In this document: piece after piece, positions 9,234-18,442 of the stretch
Position numbering within the stretch: the first letter of the stretch is position 1
Layout: the number at the start of each line of letters is the position of its first letter
DNA from: a bacterium
GTDB taxonomy: Bacteria > JAHJDO01
Reading direction: 5' to 3'
NCBI GenBank assembly: GCA_043824255.1
Contig: JBDRTG010000047.1
Coordinates: 256,001-320,000 of the forward strand
Length of the DNA: 64,000 nucleotides
Notes under the pieces: generated by a model
The model's input: only the letters and a program-made list of their open reading frames with translations
Told to the model about the DNA's origin: nothing
Databases searched by the model: none
Position numbers and translations under genes: made by a program

Positions 9234-10319
9234 TCATCGGATAGTTCCTTCCAGAAAGCGATATTTAAAGTAATGAGAAAGAGGGAAGGTTATCCTGGGC
9301 TCAAAGTAGCAGATATACATATTTGTCTTACAGAGTTTGCATTTCTTTAGTTCTTCCAATTTTCCCCGATATTCCTTGCTATAAATGGTATTCAACAATC
9401 CTTCTTTTAATGGGAAGCCACGCTGCCAATTCATTCCCGTAAGACAGGGGAAGAGGGTTCCATCCTCCTTTATTTCACAGTGATGGTAACCAAAGATACA
9501 TCTTCCCTCAAAGATTCCCCTCATGGTATTTTGAGAAAAATAATTGGGAATCTGTTTCAGAAAGTATCTGCTATTGACCACATTCTCCATGGGAAGAATA
9601 AAACGAACGAACTTTTTAATCTCCTGAATCTCTTCTCTGTTACATTTTACTGGCGTACTCCTTGTGCTCTGCCCTTCGAATACTGGATGGTCGTTACGAG
9701 GCTGGAACTTATGAAGCAGACTATTCTCCCTGACTAAGCGGCTAACCTCGTATAGGTCATGGATATTATGAGTGGAGATAATGGAATTAACTACTATAAC
9801 AATCCTGGGCGCATGTTTTTTTAGATTTTCTATCGCTCTCCATGCACGGTCAAAGGAGCCCTTTACCCCTCGAATAGTATCATGCCTTTTCTGCAAACCA
9901 TCTAAACTTATGGAAATCTCGTCTATTCCGGTCCTAGCCAATTTCTTAGCCTGAAACTCGTCTATTTGGAACCCATTGGTTACCATGTGAACATACGGAA
10001 TCTTCTTCTTGGCGTAGATTAGGCGCTGATCTAAATCCTCTACTAATAATGGCTCTCCTCCAGTAAGACTAACATAGTAACAGCCCAACCTTTCTAAATC
10101 ATCAATGATATTTCGGTAAAGGACAAGTGGAATGGTCTTCTTTTTGGGATTCCTCCAAATATTGCACATTTGACAGCGAAGATTACATCTATTGGTAATG
10201 TAGATACCGCAGGCGATTGGCCGTGGGTTTTTAAAGAGATAATAATTGAGATGCCAGAATAAGACTTTTTTGATTAAAACTCCTAAGTTATGGCTCGACC
10301 CTAAAATTACTTTTCTCAT
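9234..10319 (-). CDS. Radical SAM protein with SPASM/twitch-like domain
   Basis: CNLRCQMC, TGGEPLL, TNG, SLDG, C-terminal C...C...FPC...CKLC. Confidence 0.9.
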   Translation of the reverse strand: MRKVILGSSHNLGVLIKKVLFWHLNYYLFKNPRPIACGIYITNRCNLRCQMCNIWRNPKKKTIPLVLYRNIIDDLERLGCYYVSLTGGEPLLVEDLDQRLIYAKKKIPYVHMVTNGFQIDEFQAKKLARTGIDEISISLDGLQKRHDTIRGVKGSFDRAWRAIENLKKHAPRIVIVVNSIISTHNIHDLYEVSRLVRENSLLHKFQPRNDHPVFEGQSTRSTPVKCNREEIQEIKKFVRFILPMENVVNSRYFLKQIPNYFSQNTMRGIFEGRCIFGYHHCEIKEDGTLFPCLTGMNWQRGFPLKEGLLNTIYSKEYRGKLEELKKCKLCKTNMYICYFEPRITFPLSHYFKYRFLEGTIR

Positions 10320-11497
10320 TAGATATCTTTCGTTTTCATCTCTTGTAGTTTACCTATTTTTTTCTTAACCTCTTTCCAGACCTCTTCCACCGTGATAGCT
10401 TTTAAACATTTATTGTCCTTGCAATCACTGCTCTTGACATTATAGACATTCAAGCAGGGACTGCAGGGAAGGTCTTTATAGAAGACTGAGTGCTCACTCC
10501 CTACTGGACCGTAGAGAAAGGGAGTTTCTGGCCCAAAGAAGGATACAGTTGGTAATCTTAGTGCTGCTGCTAAATGGAGAGGTCCCGAATCATTACCAAT
10601 TAAGAGATGGCAGCGTTCCAACAGAGCAATGAGTTCTCCTATTGTTATCTGACCACAGAGGTTTATAACCTGAGCAGGGAATTTTAATAGTCTTTGAAAA
10701 CTTTCAACATATTCTTTATCTTCTTTACCTCCAATTAAAAATATTCTAATATTTTTTCTTTCAAGTAATCTTTTGCTCAGTTGGGCAAAATTTTCTTTTG
10801 GCCAACGCCTATTATAAAATAAGGAGTTAGTATTAATATTCATAGAAACCAAAAGTTCAGAGTCATTAACGTGGTTCGTTTTGAACAATTTCTCAATCCT
10901 TTTCTTTTCTCTGAATGAAATAGAAGGTTTTTCTAAGGTTTTATCCTTTGTCTCAAGTCCTAAAACCTGCACCATCTTAAGGAAGATATCCATGATGTGC
11001 TTGCTATGGGCAAAAGAGACTTTTCTGGTATAAAAGCCATTCCGCCAGAACTTATAGGTCTGAAAACCTACGGTATTCCTTGAGCCGGTGAGAAAGGTAA
11101 TCAGGGCAGTAAAATTAGTAAAGAACTCAAGATCAATTGCAAGGTCAAACTTCTCCTTTCGGAAAATAAGGAAGATTTTCCAAAGACTGATGAGGAAGAT
11201 GAAAAAATTTCCAACATCCAGACATATTGTTTTATCTATAGTCTTTAGTACCTGACAGAGTTCTTTATTCTGGGATAAGGTCAAAAAGAGCAACTGACTT
11301 TCAGGAAATTTTTTCTTTATGGATTTTAAAGCGGGGGAAGCAAGCATGATGCTTCCCATTCCCCAGAACTTTATTATCAGAATCTTTCTAATCTCCCCAG
11401 TCTTTTTTGCGGGCAAGAATTTCCTTAAGGGGGATAACAGCATGCAAATCAAAGGCCCGAAATACTGGTCCATTCTTTTCATAGTATCAATCTTCAT
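10319..11497 (-). CDS. Glycosyltransferase family 9 (heptosyltransferase-like)
   Basis: KFWGMGS, RRWPKENF, GNDSGPLHLAAA, FFGPET, C-terminal CSPC...C...C. Confidence 0.9.
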   Translation of the reverse strand: MKIDTMKRMDQYFGPLICMLLSPLRKFLPAKKTGEIRKILIIKFWGMGSIMLASPALKSIKKKFPESQLLFLTLSQNKELCQVLKTIDKTICLDVGNFFIFLISLWKIFLIFRKEKFDLAIDLEFFTNFTALITFLTGSRNTVGFQTYKFWRNGFYTRKVSFAHSKHIMDIFLKMVQVLGLETKDKTLEKPSISFREKKRIEKLFKTNHVNDSELLVSMNINTNSLFYNRRWPKENFAQLSKRLLERKNIRIFLIGGKEDKEYVESFQRLLKFPAQVINLCGQITIGELIALLERCHLLIGNDSGPLHLAAALRLPTVSFFGPETPFLYGPVGSEHSVFYKDLPCSPCLNVYNVKSSDCKDNKCLKAITVEEVWKEVKKKIGKLQEMKTKDI

Positions 11498-11660
11498 TTT
11501 CTGTTCCCTTGTATTTGGCTTCCATGGTCTCTAACTTCCACCATAATTCTTTCCTGTCAGAGCATCTTAAAAATCATTTTTTTCGTTTATGATAGTATCA
11601 GGAAACTCCTAAAATACAATTTATTATGCCTCCATCCTCCACACGAACCACATCTGATAT

Positions 11661-13160
11661 TTATAAAATTCGTCTCAAACTCCTCCTTAGAGTGTATAAC
11701 AGGCCTTTACTCATAATTGACTTCAAGATATTTGACCTCAAAATGAGCATTGGATTATGGAAAATCGTTTCTAACAGAGTAATTCTATTTGCCCGTTTTT
11801 TCCAACGCAGTAGATCGGAAGGCGAAAAATCCTTAGTTTTTAGTAAAGGTCTCTCCATTCCCATTAGATAATCGAAAGGTCCAATATTTTCCTTCAATAA
11901 ATAATTATTCATTTTAGCATGCTTATACAATTCAGTTCCTGGAAGAGGAACTGCTATGAAAAATATACAAAAAGCCCCCCTTCTAGCTAATTTGCGAGCA
12001 AAATTTAGAGAATTATTAAAAATAATTTCGTTTTCCCCAGGAATTCCAATAATAAAAAAACAACTCAGTGAAATATTCTCTTGAATAATAAGAGATGCAT
12101 TTTCTTCCACTTTTTTTAGCGAAAGATCTTTCTTAATTATATTACTTAAAAAAGATTGGTCTCCTGATTCTACCCCTATGGTTAATCCTAAACAACCAAC
12201 CTTTTTCATCTTCCTAATTAGAGAGCTTGATAACCGATCGGCTCTAATTCCATTGGGTACGTCCCAGTATATCGACAACCCTTCATTTATTATTTTTTCA
12301 CATAACTCTTCAACTCTTTCGGGAATCAATGTAAAATTGTCATCTTCAAACGAAATGCGATTTATATTGTAATTTTTGTAAAGAAATTTTAATTCTTCAA
12401 CTATATTGTCAGGAGATCTAAAACGCCATTTGCGACCCCAAACCACATTGCTGGAACAAAATGTACATTTATATGGACATCCCCTACTTGTAATAATCCC
12501 TGCCCACCTACTACCAGTACTAACCGAATCACGCCCGCCAACTCCATACTTAGTAGCATTAAAATATATATCTAACGGAATGAGGTGATAAGCAGGGAAT
12601 GGTAAATCGTCCAGATTTTTTATTGGTTCTCGTTCTCCTGAAAACACAATTTCATTTGTTTTCTCCTCTCTGTAATATAACCCACTGACATCACTTATTC
12701 CGTCTCCTGCACCTAATGTTTGTATCAATTCCAATGCTGTTAATTCTCCTTCACCTTTAACTATGAAATCTATATTTTCATCCTTCATAGTATCAAAAGG
12801 CATTAAGGAGGGATGTGCTCCGCCAACAAACACAGGTTTATTAGTAATTTCTTTAATAATTTTTACTGTTTCATGCATACTTTCTGATTGAGTTGTAAAC
12901 GAACACGATACTCCAAAAAAATCAGCTTTAGACTTTTTTATGCAATTTTTAATCATATGCGGAGAGAGCCCGATTCTTATTCCTTCCTTATCTATTGGAA
13001 TCCTATTTTTAAAACCTAAAGCCAGAGCATCTATTATTTCCACTTCAACGTCGTGTTTTTCAAGATATGAAGCAACGTACATAATACCTAATGGGTACGG
13101 AAGAATTATATCTCTACTGTTATGTACAATCCATGGTATTTGAATTAAGCAAACTTTCAT
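11661..13160 (-). CDS. B12-binding domain radical SAM protein
   Basis: YPLGIMYVAS, GGAHPS, GEGE, TSRGCPYKCTFC, EDDNFT. Confidence 0.92.
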   Translation of the reverse strand: MKVCLIQIPWIVHNSRDIILPYPLGIMYVASYLEKHDVEVEIIDALALGFKNRIPIDKEGIRIGLSPHMIKNCIKKSKADFFGVSCSFTTQSESMHETVKIIKEITNKPVFVGGAHPSLMPFDTMKDENIDFIVKGEGELTALELIQTLGAGDGISDVSGLYYREEKTNEIVFSGEREPIKNLDDLPFPAYHLIPLDIYFNATKYGVGGRDSVSTGSRWAGIITSRGCPYKCTFCSSNVVWGRKWRFRSPDNIVEELKFLYKNYNINRISFEDDNFTLIPERVEELCEKIINEGLSIYWDVPNGIRADRLSSSLIRKMKKVGCLGLTIGVESGDQSFLSNIIKKDLSLKKVEENASLIIQENISLSCFFIIGIPGENEIIFNNSLNFARKLARRGAFCIFFIAVPLPGTELYKHAKMNNYLLKENIGPFDYLMGMERPLLKTKDFSPSDLLRWKKRANRITLLETIFHNPMLILRSNILKSIMSKGLLYTLRRSLRRIL

Positions 13161-13161
13161 C

Positions 13162-14568
13162 TTATGTTTCTATTTTGCTAGCATCAGCGGCTGTTCCTTG
13201 CTTTATTAAATAAAAAGCATTTTTAAGGTCAAAAAGAATTTGCTTAGGCCTGCGAATATCTTGTAGTAAACGTCTAAACACATAAGCAGGTCGTAAGTGA
13301 AATTTTTTAGCTCCAGTGCCTCTAAACCTATCCATATCTTCAAAAGTAAGTCCTTCGGGAATAAGAAAAGGCCAGTGTCCAAAGAATCCGTCGCCCAATT
13401 TATCCTGTATATAATCATCAATAATGCTAGTGCTTATTTTTCCTTGTTGTAAATACCAATCAAAATATCTGGTCCCAGGCAAAGGAATAGTAAGATGATA
13501 ACCAACTAATTCAATGTTGTTAAAACCCATTTTTTCCAATTTCAGTGGGTAGTTAATAGTATCCCCTATCTCTGAAACTGTTTCTTCAGGATGACCAATC
13601 ATAAAGAGCAGCTGTACGGGAAGGTTATACTTCTTGGTAATGGCCATGCCTCTAAATATTTTTTCGTCAGAAAGGTTTTTTTGCATTATTTCATTTCTAA
13701 TTCTTTCATTACCACTTTCAATCCCTACCAACAATGATATACAGCCCGCTTCTTTCAATAATTGCACCATTTCATCATCAATTAAATCAATTCTGGTAAT
13801 CATCTGAAATTTTATTTTCAATTTTCTTTCAATTATTAAACTACACAAAGAGATAATATGACTTCTATTAATAGTAGCGGAATCGTCATTAAAAAAAAAC
13901 TGCTTAGTAAGAGGCATTCTTGTTAGCATTTCCTCAACGATATTTTGAGAGGATCTGCTACGAACTACCTTACTCATCGCAGCTCTTGCACAATATCCGC
14001 ATTTATAAGGACATCCTCTTGTTCCTATGATTGGGATTATATCCCCTCTTTTAAAAATAGTATTTTCTATGCTTTCAAAAGCAGGGAAAGGTAATTTGTC
14101 CAAATCCATAGGTGGGTTTGCTGTAAATATGCCCGTAGGTTTTTCTCCTTGCAATATTTTATTTATGTGCTCTACAATAATGTTATCCGCTTCTCCACAA
14201 ATAGCACTATCAAAATAAGGATATCTATTAATAACATCAGGGTCTACACTAATGTGAGAATTCCCTAATAATATATGTATTTTGTCTTTAAATCTTTCTT
14301 TGACTTCCTTCGCTAATTTTACCGTTGTACGAATTGTGGGGGTAATAGCGGAAATGCCTAATATTTTTACTTTTTCAGATTCGCACAGGCTTAATATATC
14401 CTCTGTAGAATATGCAACATTTGAATTATTAATGGTACGAAAAGAAATATTTTCTTTTTTTAGCATTCCTGATAAATAAGAAAGTCCAATGTGATATACC
14501 TCGCCTCCTGAATTTGCCAAATGATTAGTAACACTAACAGGAGGTTGAATTAATAAAAGGTCTGTCAT
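13162..14568 (-). CDS. B12-binding domain radical SAM protein
   Basis: HIGLSYLS, GEAD, TRGCPYKCGYC, GIESG, PLPGT. Confidence 0.9.
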   Translation of the reverse strand: MTDLLLIQPPVSVTNHLANSGGEVYHIGLSYLSGMLKKENISFRTINNSNVAYSTEDILSLCESEKVKILGISAITPTIRTTVKLAKEVKERFKDKIHILLGNSHISVDPDVINRYPYFDSAICGEADNIIVEHINKILQGEKPTGIFTANPPMDLDKLPFPAFESIENTIFKRGDIIPIIGTRGCPYKCGYCARAAMSKVVRSRSSQNIVEEMLTRMPLTKQFFFNDDSATINRSHIISLCSLIIERKLKIKFQMITRIDLIDDEMVQLLKEAGCISLLVGIESGNERIRNEIMQKNLSDEKIFRGMAITKKYNLPVQLLFMIGHPEETVSEIGDTINYPLKLEKMGFNNIELVGYHLTIPLPGTRYFDWYLQQGKISTSIIDDYIQDKLGDGFFGHWPFLIPEGLTFEDMDRFRGTGAKKFHLRPAYVFRRLLQDIRRPKQILFDLKNAFYLIKQGTAADASKIET

Positions 14569-15779
14569 TTAATTGCTTTTTCTCCAATATTTTTTATTAT
14601 ACAGTCATAAATATATTTCGCCCGCACACTCCAATCCCATTCCTTAACAATTAAATTTCTTGCTTCATTGGAAAGCTTCAAATAATAGTCTTTATCACTC
14701 AAAAGTTTAATAATTTCCTCAGCGAATTTTCCATAATCATCTTGAGCCACCTTAATCATCCCTTTAGGATAATAAGTCTTCAATGACTCAAGATCAAAAC
14801 TGACACCTGGAAGTCCCCAAGCCATAGCCTCTGCAGCTGCCATGCCGCCACTGTCATAGGTTGCAGGATGAAGCACAATTTTGCTTTGTTTAAAAATATC
14901 ATATTTTTCTTCTCTATCTCTAAAGCCATGCGATTCAATATTATCTTGTAACCCGAATTTTTCAATCTTTTCTTTCACCTCTTTCTCAAGAGAACCATTA
15001 CCTATCATTGCCAGTTTGGCCTGCGGTTTTTTCTTGCAAACCAATTTCCAGATATCAATAAGTTCTAACACTCCTTTTTGAGGATGAAATCTTCCTACAA
15101 AAACAGCATCGTATTTTCTTTTTTCAACAGGTATAACATTCCCTGAATTTGGATACTCGGTTGAAGGTTTTATATCCACGCCCCCACGAATTACCACGAT
15201 TTTGTTTCTATTTCTTTTCTTTGTCACAAATTTTCTCACATCCGGTTCGCTAGTCACAAAAACCATATCTGCGTATTTATTAACCAACCAATAAGTAGGC
15301 AACTGCATCAACCAATAAAATAGACCCTTTAAAAATCTTTTTCCTCTATAGGGAGAATCTTTTTGCCAAGGTTTTGGGGCAAAAAGATAAAATCCAGCAA
15401 TCCATCTTGCCTTTTTATTTTTAATCTTCATCATAAACGCGGGGATTGAATCCGGCCAGAAATCAGAAGCAGAGTATATAATACATGGTGATTTAAAATG
15501 ATATTTCCATGATTTCATACATCCAATAATGACCCGTGAAAAATAGAGTATAAAAAAACCGAATTTCTTAAATCTTGCAGCTGGCCAAATGATATAATTA
15601 ACCCCTGTTAAATAATTTCTCTGACACATTTCAAGCCCTTCTTCCCAGACAAAAATATTTATTTTATGCCCCATTTGCGCCCATCGTTTTGCGCACTTAA
15701 TAAATATATTATCTCCTCCACTAAAAAAAGGGCCTAATGCAGCATTAGCAATAATATTAATCGTTGAAACCTTATTCAT
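14565..15779 (-). CDS. Glycosyltransferase family 4
   Basis: FVGRFHPQKG, YDSGGMAAAEAMAWGLP. Confidence 0.9.
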   Translation of the reverse strand: MNKVSTINIIANAALGPFFSGGDNIFIKCAKRWAQMGHKINIFVWEEGLEMCQRNYLTGVNYIIWPAARFKKFGFFILYFSRVIIGCMKSWKYHFKSPCIIYSASDFWPDSIPAFMMKIKNKKARWIAGFYLFAPKPWQKDSPYRGKRFLKGLFYWLMQLPTYWLVNKYADMVFVTSEPDVRKFVTKKRNRNKIVVIRGGVDIKPSTEYPNSGNVIPVEKRKYDAVFVGRFHPQKGVLELIDIWKLVCKKKPQAKLAMIGNGSLEKEVKEKIEKFGLQDNIESHGFRDREEKYDIFKQSKIVLHPATYDSGGMAAAEAMAWGLPGVSFDLESLKTYYPKGMIKVAQDDYGKFAEEIIKLLSDKDYYLKLSNEARNLIVKEWDWSVRAKYIYDCIIKNIGEKAIK

Positions 15780-15878
15780 ACTTTAATCACAAATTATTAA
15801 GACATCGAAGTCTTTGTTCTCATGTAAATAGTATATATGGCGTTGCCACTTAAGCCTGAATCCTGTTCATCTTTCAGA

Positions 15879-16853
15879 TTATACTCTTGCACAAAATCTT
15901 ATCCAGTCATTAGGCCCTCTCCACTCAGCTTCTAGATCTTCCAGTATCTGAGCACCCATAGTTGGCTTTCCAACAAAACTCTTTAACACCAATTCCACTG
16001 CCTGTAAAAAAGAGAAAAATTGTAGAACAAGTTTTCTTTCATAGCTAGGATGTAAATAGTGAATATTTGCTTGGGGATAAATTTTTTTAAATATTGACTT
16101 AAACTCCAGACGTTCTATTTCTATATCATCAAACCCTGTTTTTTCAAGCAAGTTAGATATGGATTTTGTATTAAAATGGAAAAGATGTAAATTATTGAAA
16201 ACACTTTCCCTTATTACCTGTTCCAAAGAGTCCACATCCTTAGGAGTATAAGGCACTTCCCCAATAAAATAACCGCCATCTTTCAGAAGCTGTTTTATGT
16301 CTTTGAGTTCCTCTGTTGGATCTCCTAAATGCTCCAGTACATGATAGGAAAATATAATATCATAGGCATTCTTATGCTGAGATAACAAATCCTGTATGCT
16401 AGTGGCAGTAGGAGTTATGTTAAACTTGTTGGTAGAAACGCTGGACTCTAATTTCGATGGCTCTACCCCTCCAACTCTTGCACCCCTTTTTTTTAGTTCA
16501 TGGAGAAACTTCCCATTAGCGGAACCTATTTCCAGAATGTTCTTGCCTCGTAAACCTATTCCTTTACTGGCTAAATAGCGAAACCTTTCTTTTATTCGCA
16601 TATTGGTGAAATACCACGAAAATAGACCGACTAAATAGGTGGCGGTTTTTTTTCGGTGATAACTTTTATACTTTAGAGAGTATTGCTGGTTATAGAATCT
16701 CTGAATTTCATCAAAATCAGGCATAGGATTAACAAACGCTAAATCGCAATAATTGCATCTTGTAATATCCCTAAGCATATTGAATTCACTGTTCACTGCT
16801 ATATTCTTAAACTCTTTGCAACCGCAGGATATACACTCAAGCTTATAATTCAT
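15879..16853 (-). CDS. Class I SAM-dependent methyltransferase with N-terminal CxxC...CxxC
   Basis: CISC...CNYC, ILEIGSANG, GVEPS, HVLEH, EVP, HLFHF. Confidence 0.88.
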   Translation of the reverse strand: MNYKLECISCGCKEFKNIAVNSEFNMLRDITRCNYCDLAFVNPMPDFDEIQRFYNQQYSLKYKSYHRKKTATYLVGLFSWYFTNMRIKERFRYLASKGIGLRGKNILEIGSANGKFLHELKKRGARVGGVEPSKLESSVSTNKFNITPTATSIQDLLSQHKNAYDIIFSYHVLEHLGDPTEELKDIKQLLKDGGYFIGEVPYTPKDVDSLEQVIRESVFNNLHLFHFNTKSISNLLEKTGFDDIEIERLEFKSIFKKIYPQANIHYLHPSYERKLVLQFFSFLQAVELVLKSFVGKPTMGAQILEDLEAEWRGPNDWIRFCARV

Positions 16854-16864
16854 GATTTAACCAT

Positions 16865-18355
16865 TTAATCTCTAAAAAAATTCTTAAAATAAAACATTTC
16901 GTTTTTTATCACACTAAAGAATATAAGACCAAAACCTGCTTTTAATTGTACGATTACCTTAACAAACGGTAAAAGAAAATAAGGGATTCTTTGAAATGCA
17001 GTAAATAAAAATTTACTATTTATTATTTTCCTCACCCACTTTTTCGGTAATAAAGGCAGGCAAGTAATTAAAAAAGCATATTTTTGGTAATCACCAAAGG
17101 AATCATCTTTACCAGTAATACCTATAGAAGAATATCTGTTTTTCTTGCCTTTATTTATCATATCAACATCCGACTCATTTATAAGTCCTGCTTTTTTGCC
17201 AATTTCTACAATCTTTGTCCCAGGAAAATAAAGCAGTCTGAAACAATTTATTATATGTGGATGGATTATATTAAAAAAATTTATAGACTCTTTTATTGTT
17301 TTTTCACTGTCCATAGGCAAGTTTAAAATACAGTCCACTGCAAAATTAAGACCATATTTTCTGCAAGCTTTCGTTATTTTCAAAACCTGCTCGTTTTTTT
17401 CTCCACGATCTAAAACAGTCTTTCTTATTTCAGAACACCCTGTTTGTAATCCAAAATCAACCAGCGTACATCCAGCATCTTTCAGCAGTTTTACAGTTTC
17501 TTCTTTTGTAAGACTAGGATGTGCCAGACAATTGAAAGGTAAATTTATTTTTTTTTGGTAATCCTTGCTAAATTCTCTCAGCCAATCTATATCCAAAGAA
17601 AATATATCATCCATGAAGACAAAATGTTTGGATTTATAAACATTTTTTCTCCAGAGAAGTTCAGCGATTACATTTTTTACACTTCGCTGACGTACCCAGT
17701 GAAGTGACCCTGAATCCTTGTAGAGCTTTTTCATAACCTGATTCCCGCAATATGTACAACTGAAAGGACATCCCCTACTTGTTAATACTGAGGGGCTGAT
17801 TCTATATGAAGGAGGTAACTGTTCATAAAACAAATCCTCGTCAGGAAATGGATATTTATCCAAATTGACTTCTAATTCTGGCAGGGAATTTTTTATAATC
17901 TCTTCCCCCTCTTTAAACCAGATCCCTCTAATGTTCCTTTTCTGTAATCGTGTATTCATTAACTCTAACAGAGACTCCTCTGCTTCTCCTAAAGCAATCA
18001 TATCTACCTGTGGATTTGAAATAACTTCCTCTGGCACTACTGTAGGATGAGGACCTCCAAAAATTATAGGGATATGGAAATGTTTTTTAAAAAGGTCTGC
18101 TTTTTCAAGCGCCCACTGATAATTAGCAGTAACTACGGAAAAGCCTATTAAATCAGGGGTTATCTCTTTTATTTTTTTTAGAAACATGCTGTTTTTGGAG
18201 AACAAATTTTTAAGCTTTTGATTTCTTATGTAAGCTTTATTAAAAAACATTGGATCAAATAGCAAATAAGTCTTATGCCCATATTTCTTAAGATAACTTG
18301 AAAGATATCCAATGCCCAGCCACTTGTCCTCTGAACACACAAATAGTATTTTCAC
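16865..18355 (-). CDS. B12-binding domain radical SAM protein (GTG start)
   Basis: LGIGYLSS, GGPHPT, GEAE, TSRGCPFSCTYC, DDIF. Confidence 0.9.
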   Translation of the reverse strand: MKILFVCSEDKWLGIGYLSSYLKKYGHKTYLLFDPMFFNKAYIRNQKLKNLFSKNSMFLKKIKEITPDLIGFSVVTANYQWALEKADLFKKHFHIPIIFGGPHPTVVPEEVISNPQVDMIALGEAEESLLELMNTRLQKRNIRGIWFKEGEEIIKNSLPELEVNLDKYPFPDEDLFYEQLPPSYRISPSVLTSRGCPFSCTYCGNQVMKKLYKDSGSLHWVRQRSVKNVIAELLWRKNVYKSKHFVFMDDIFSLDIDWLREFSKDYQKKINLPFNCLAHPSLTKEETVKLLKDAGCTLVDFGLQTGCSEIRKTVLDRGEKNEQVLKITKACRKYGLNFAVDCILNLPMDSEKTIKESINFFNIIHPHIINCFRLLYFPGTKIVEIGKKAGLINESDVDMINKGKKNRYSSIGITGKDDSFGDYQKYAFLITCLPLLPKKWVRKIINSKFLFTAFQRIPYFLLPFVKVIVQLKAGFGLIFFSVIKNEMFYFKNFFRD

Positions 18356-18442
18356 ATTCTGAGTTCCTTCAAAGTAGTTTTTAGATTTTCCCCCGAGAAG
18401 ACGATGCGTGTATTATATTTGTAAGTAAAAAGATTCATAATA

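Noticed and set aside
11498..11660. Intergenic stretch with fragments such as DALTGKNYGGS*, a possible decayed gene end
   Set aside because: Too short and interrupted to assign.
18356..18442. 22-aa ORF MNLFTYKYNTRIVFSGENLKLL as a RiPP precursor
   Set aside because: No RBS or precursor features; glycan context explains the radical SAM genes better.
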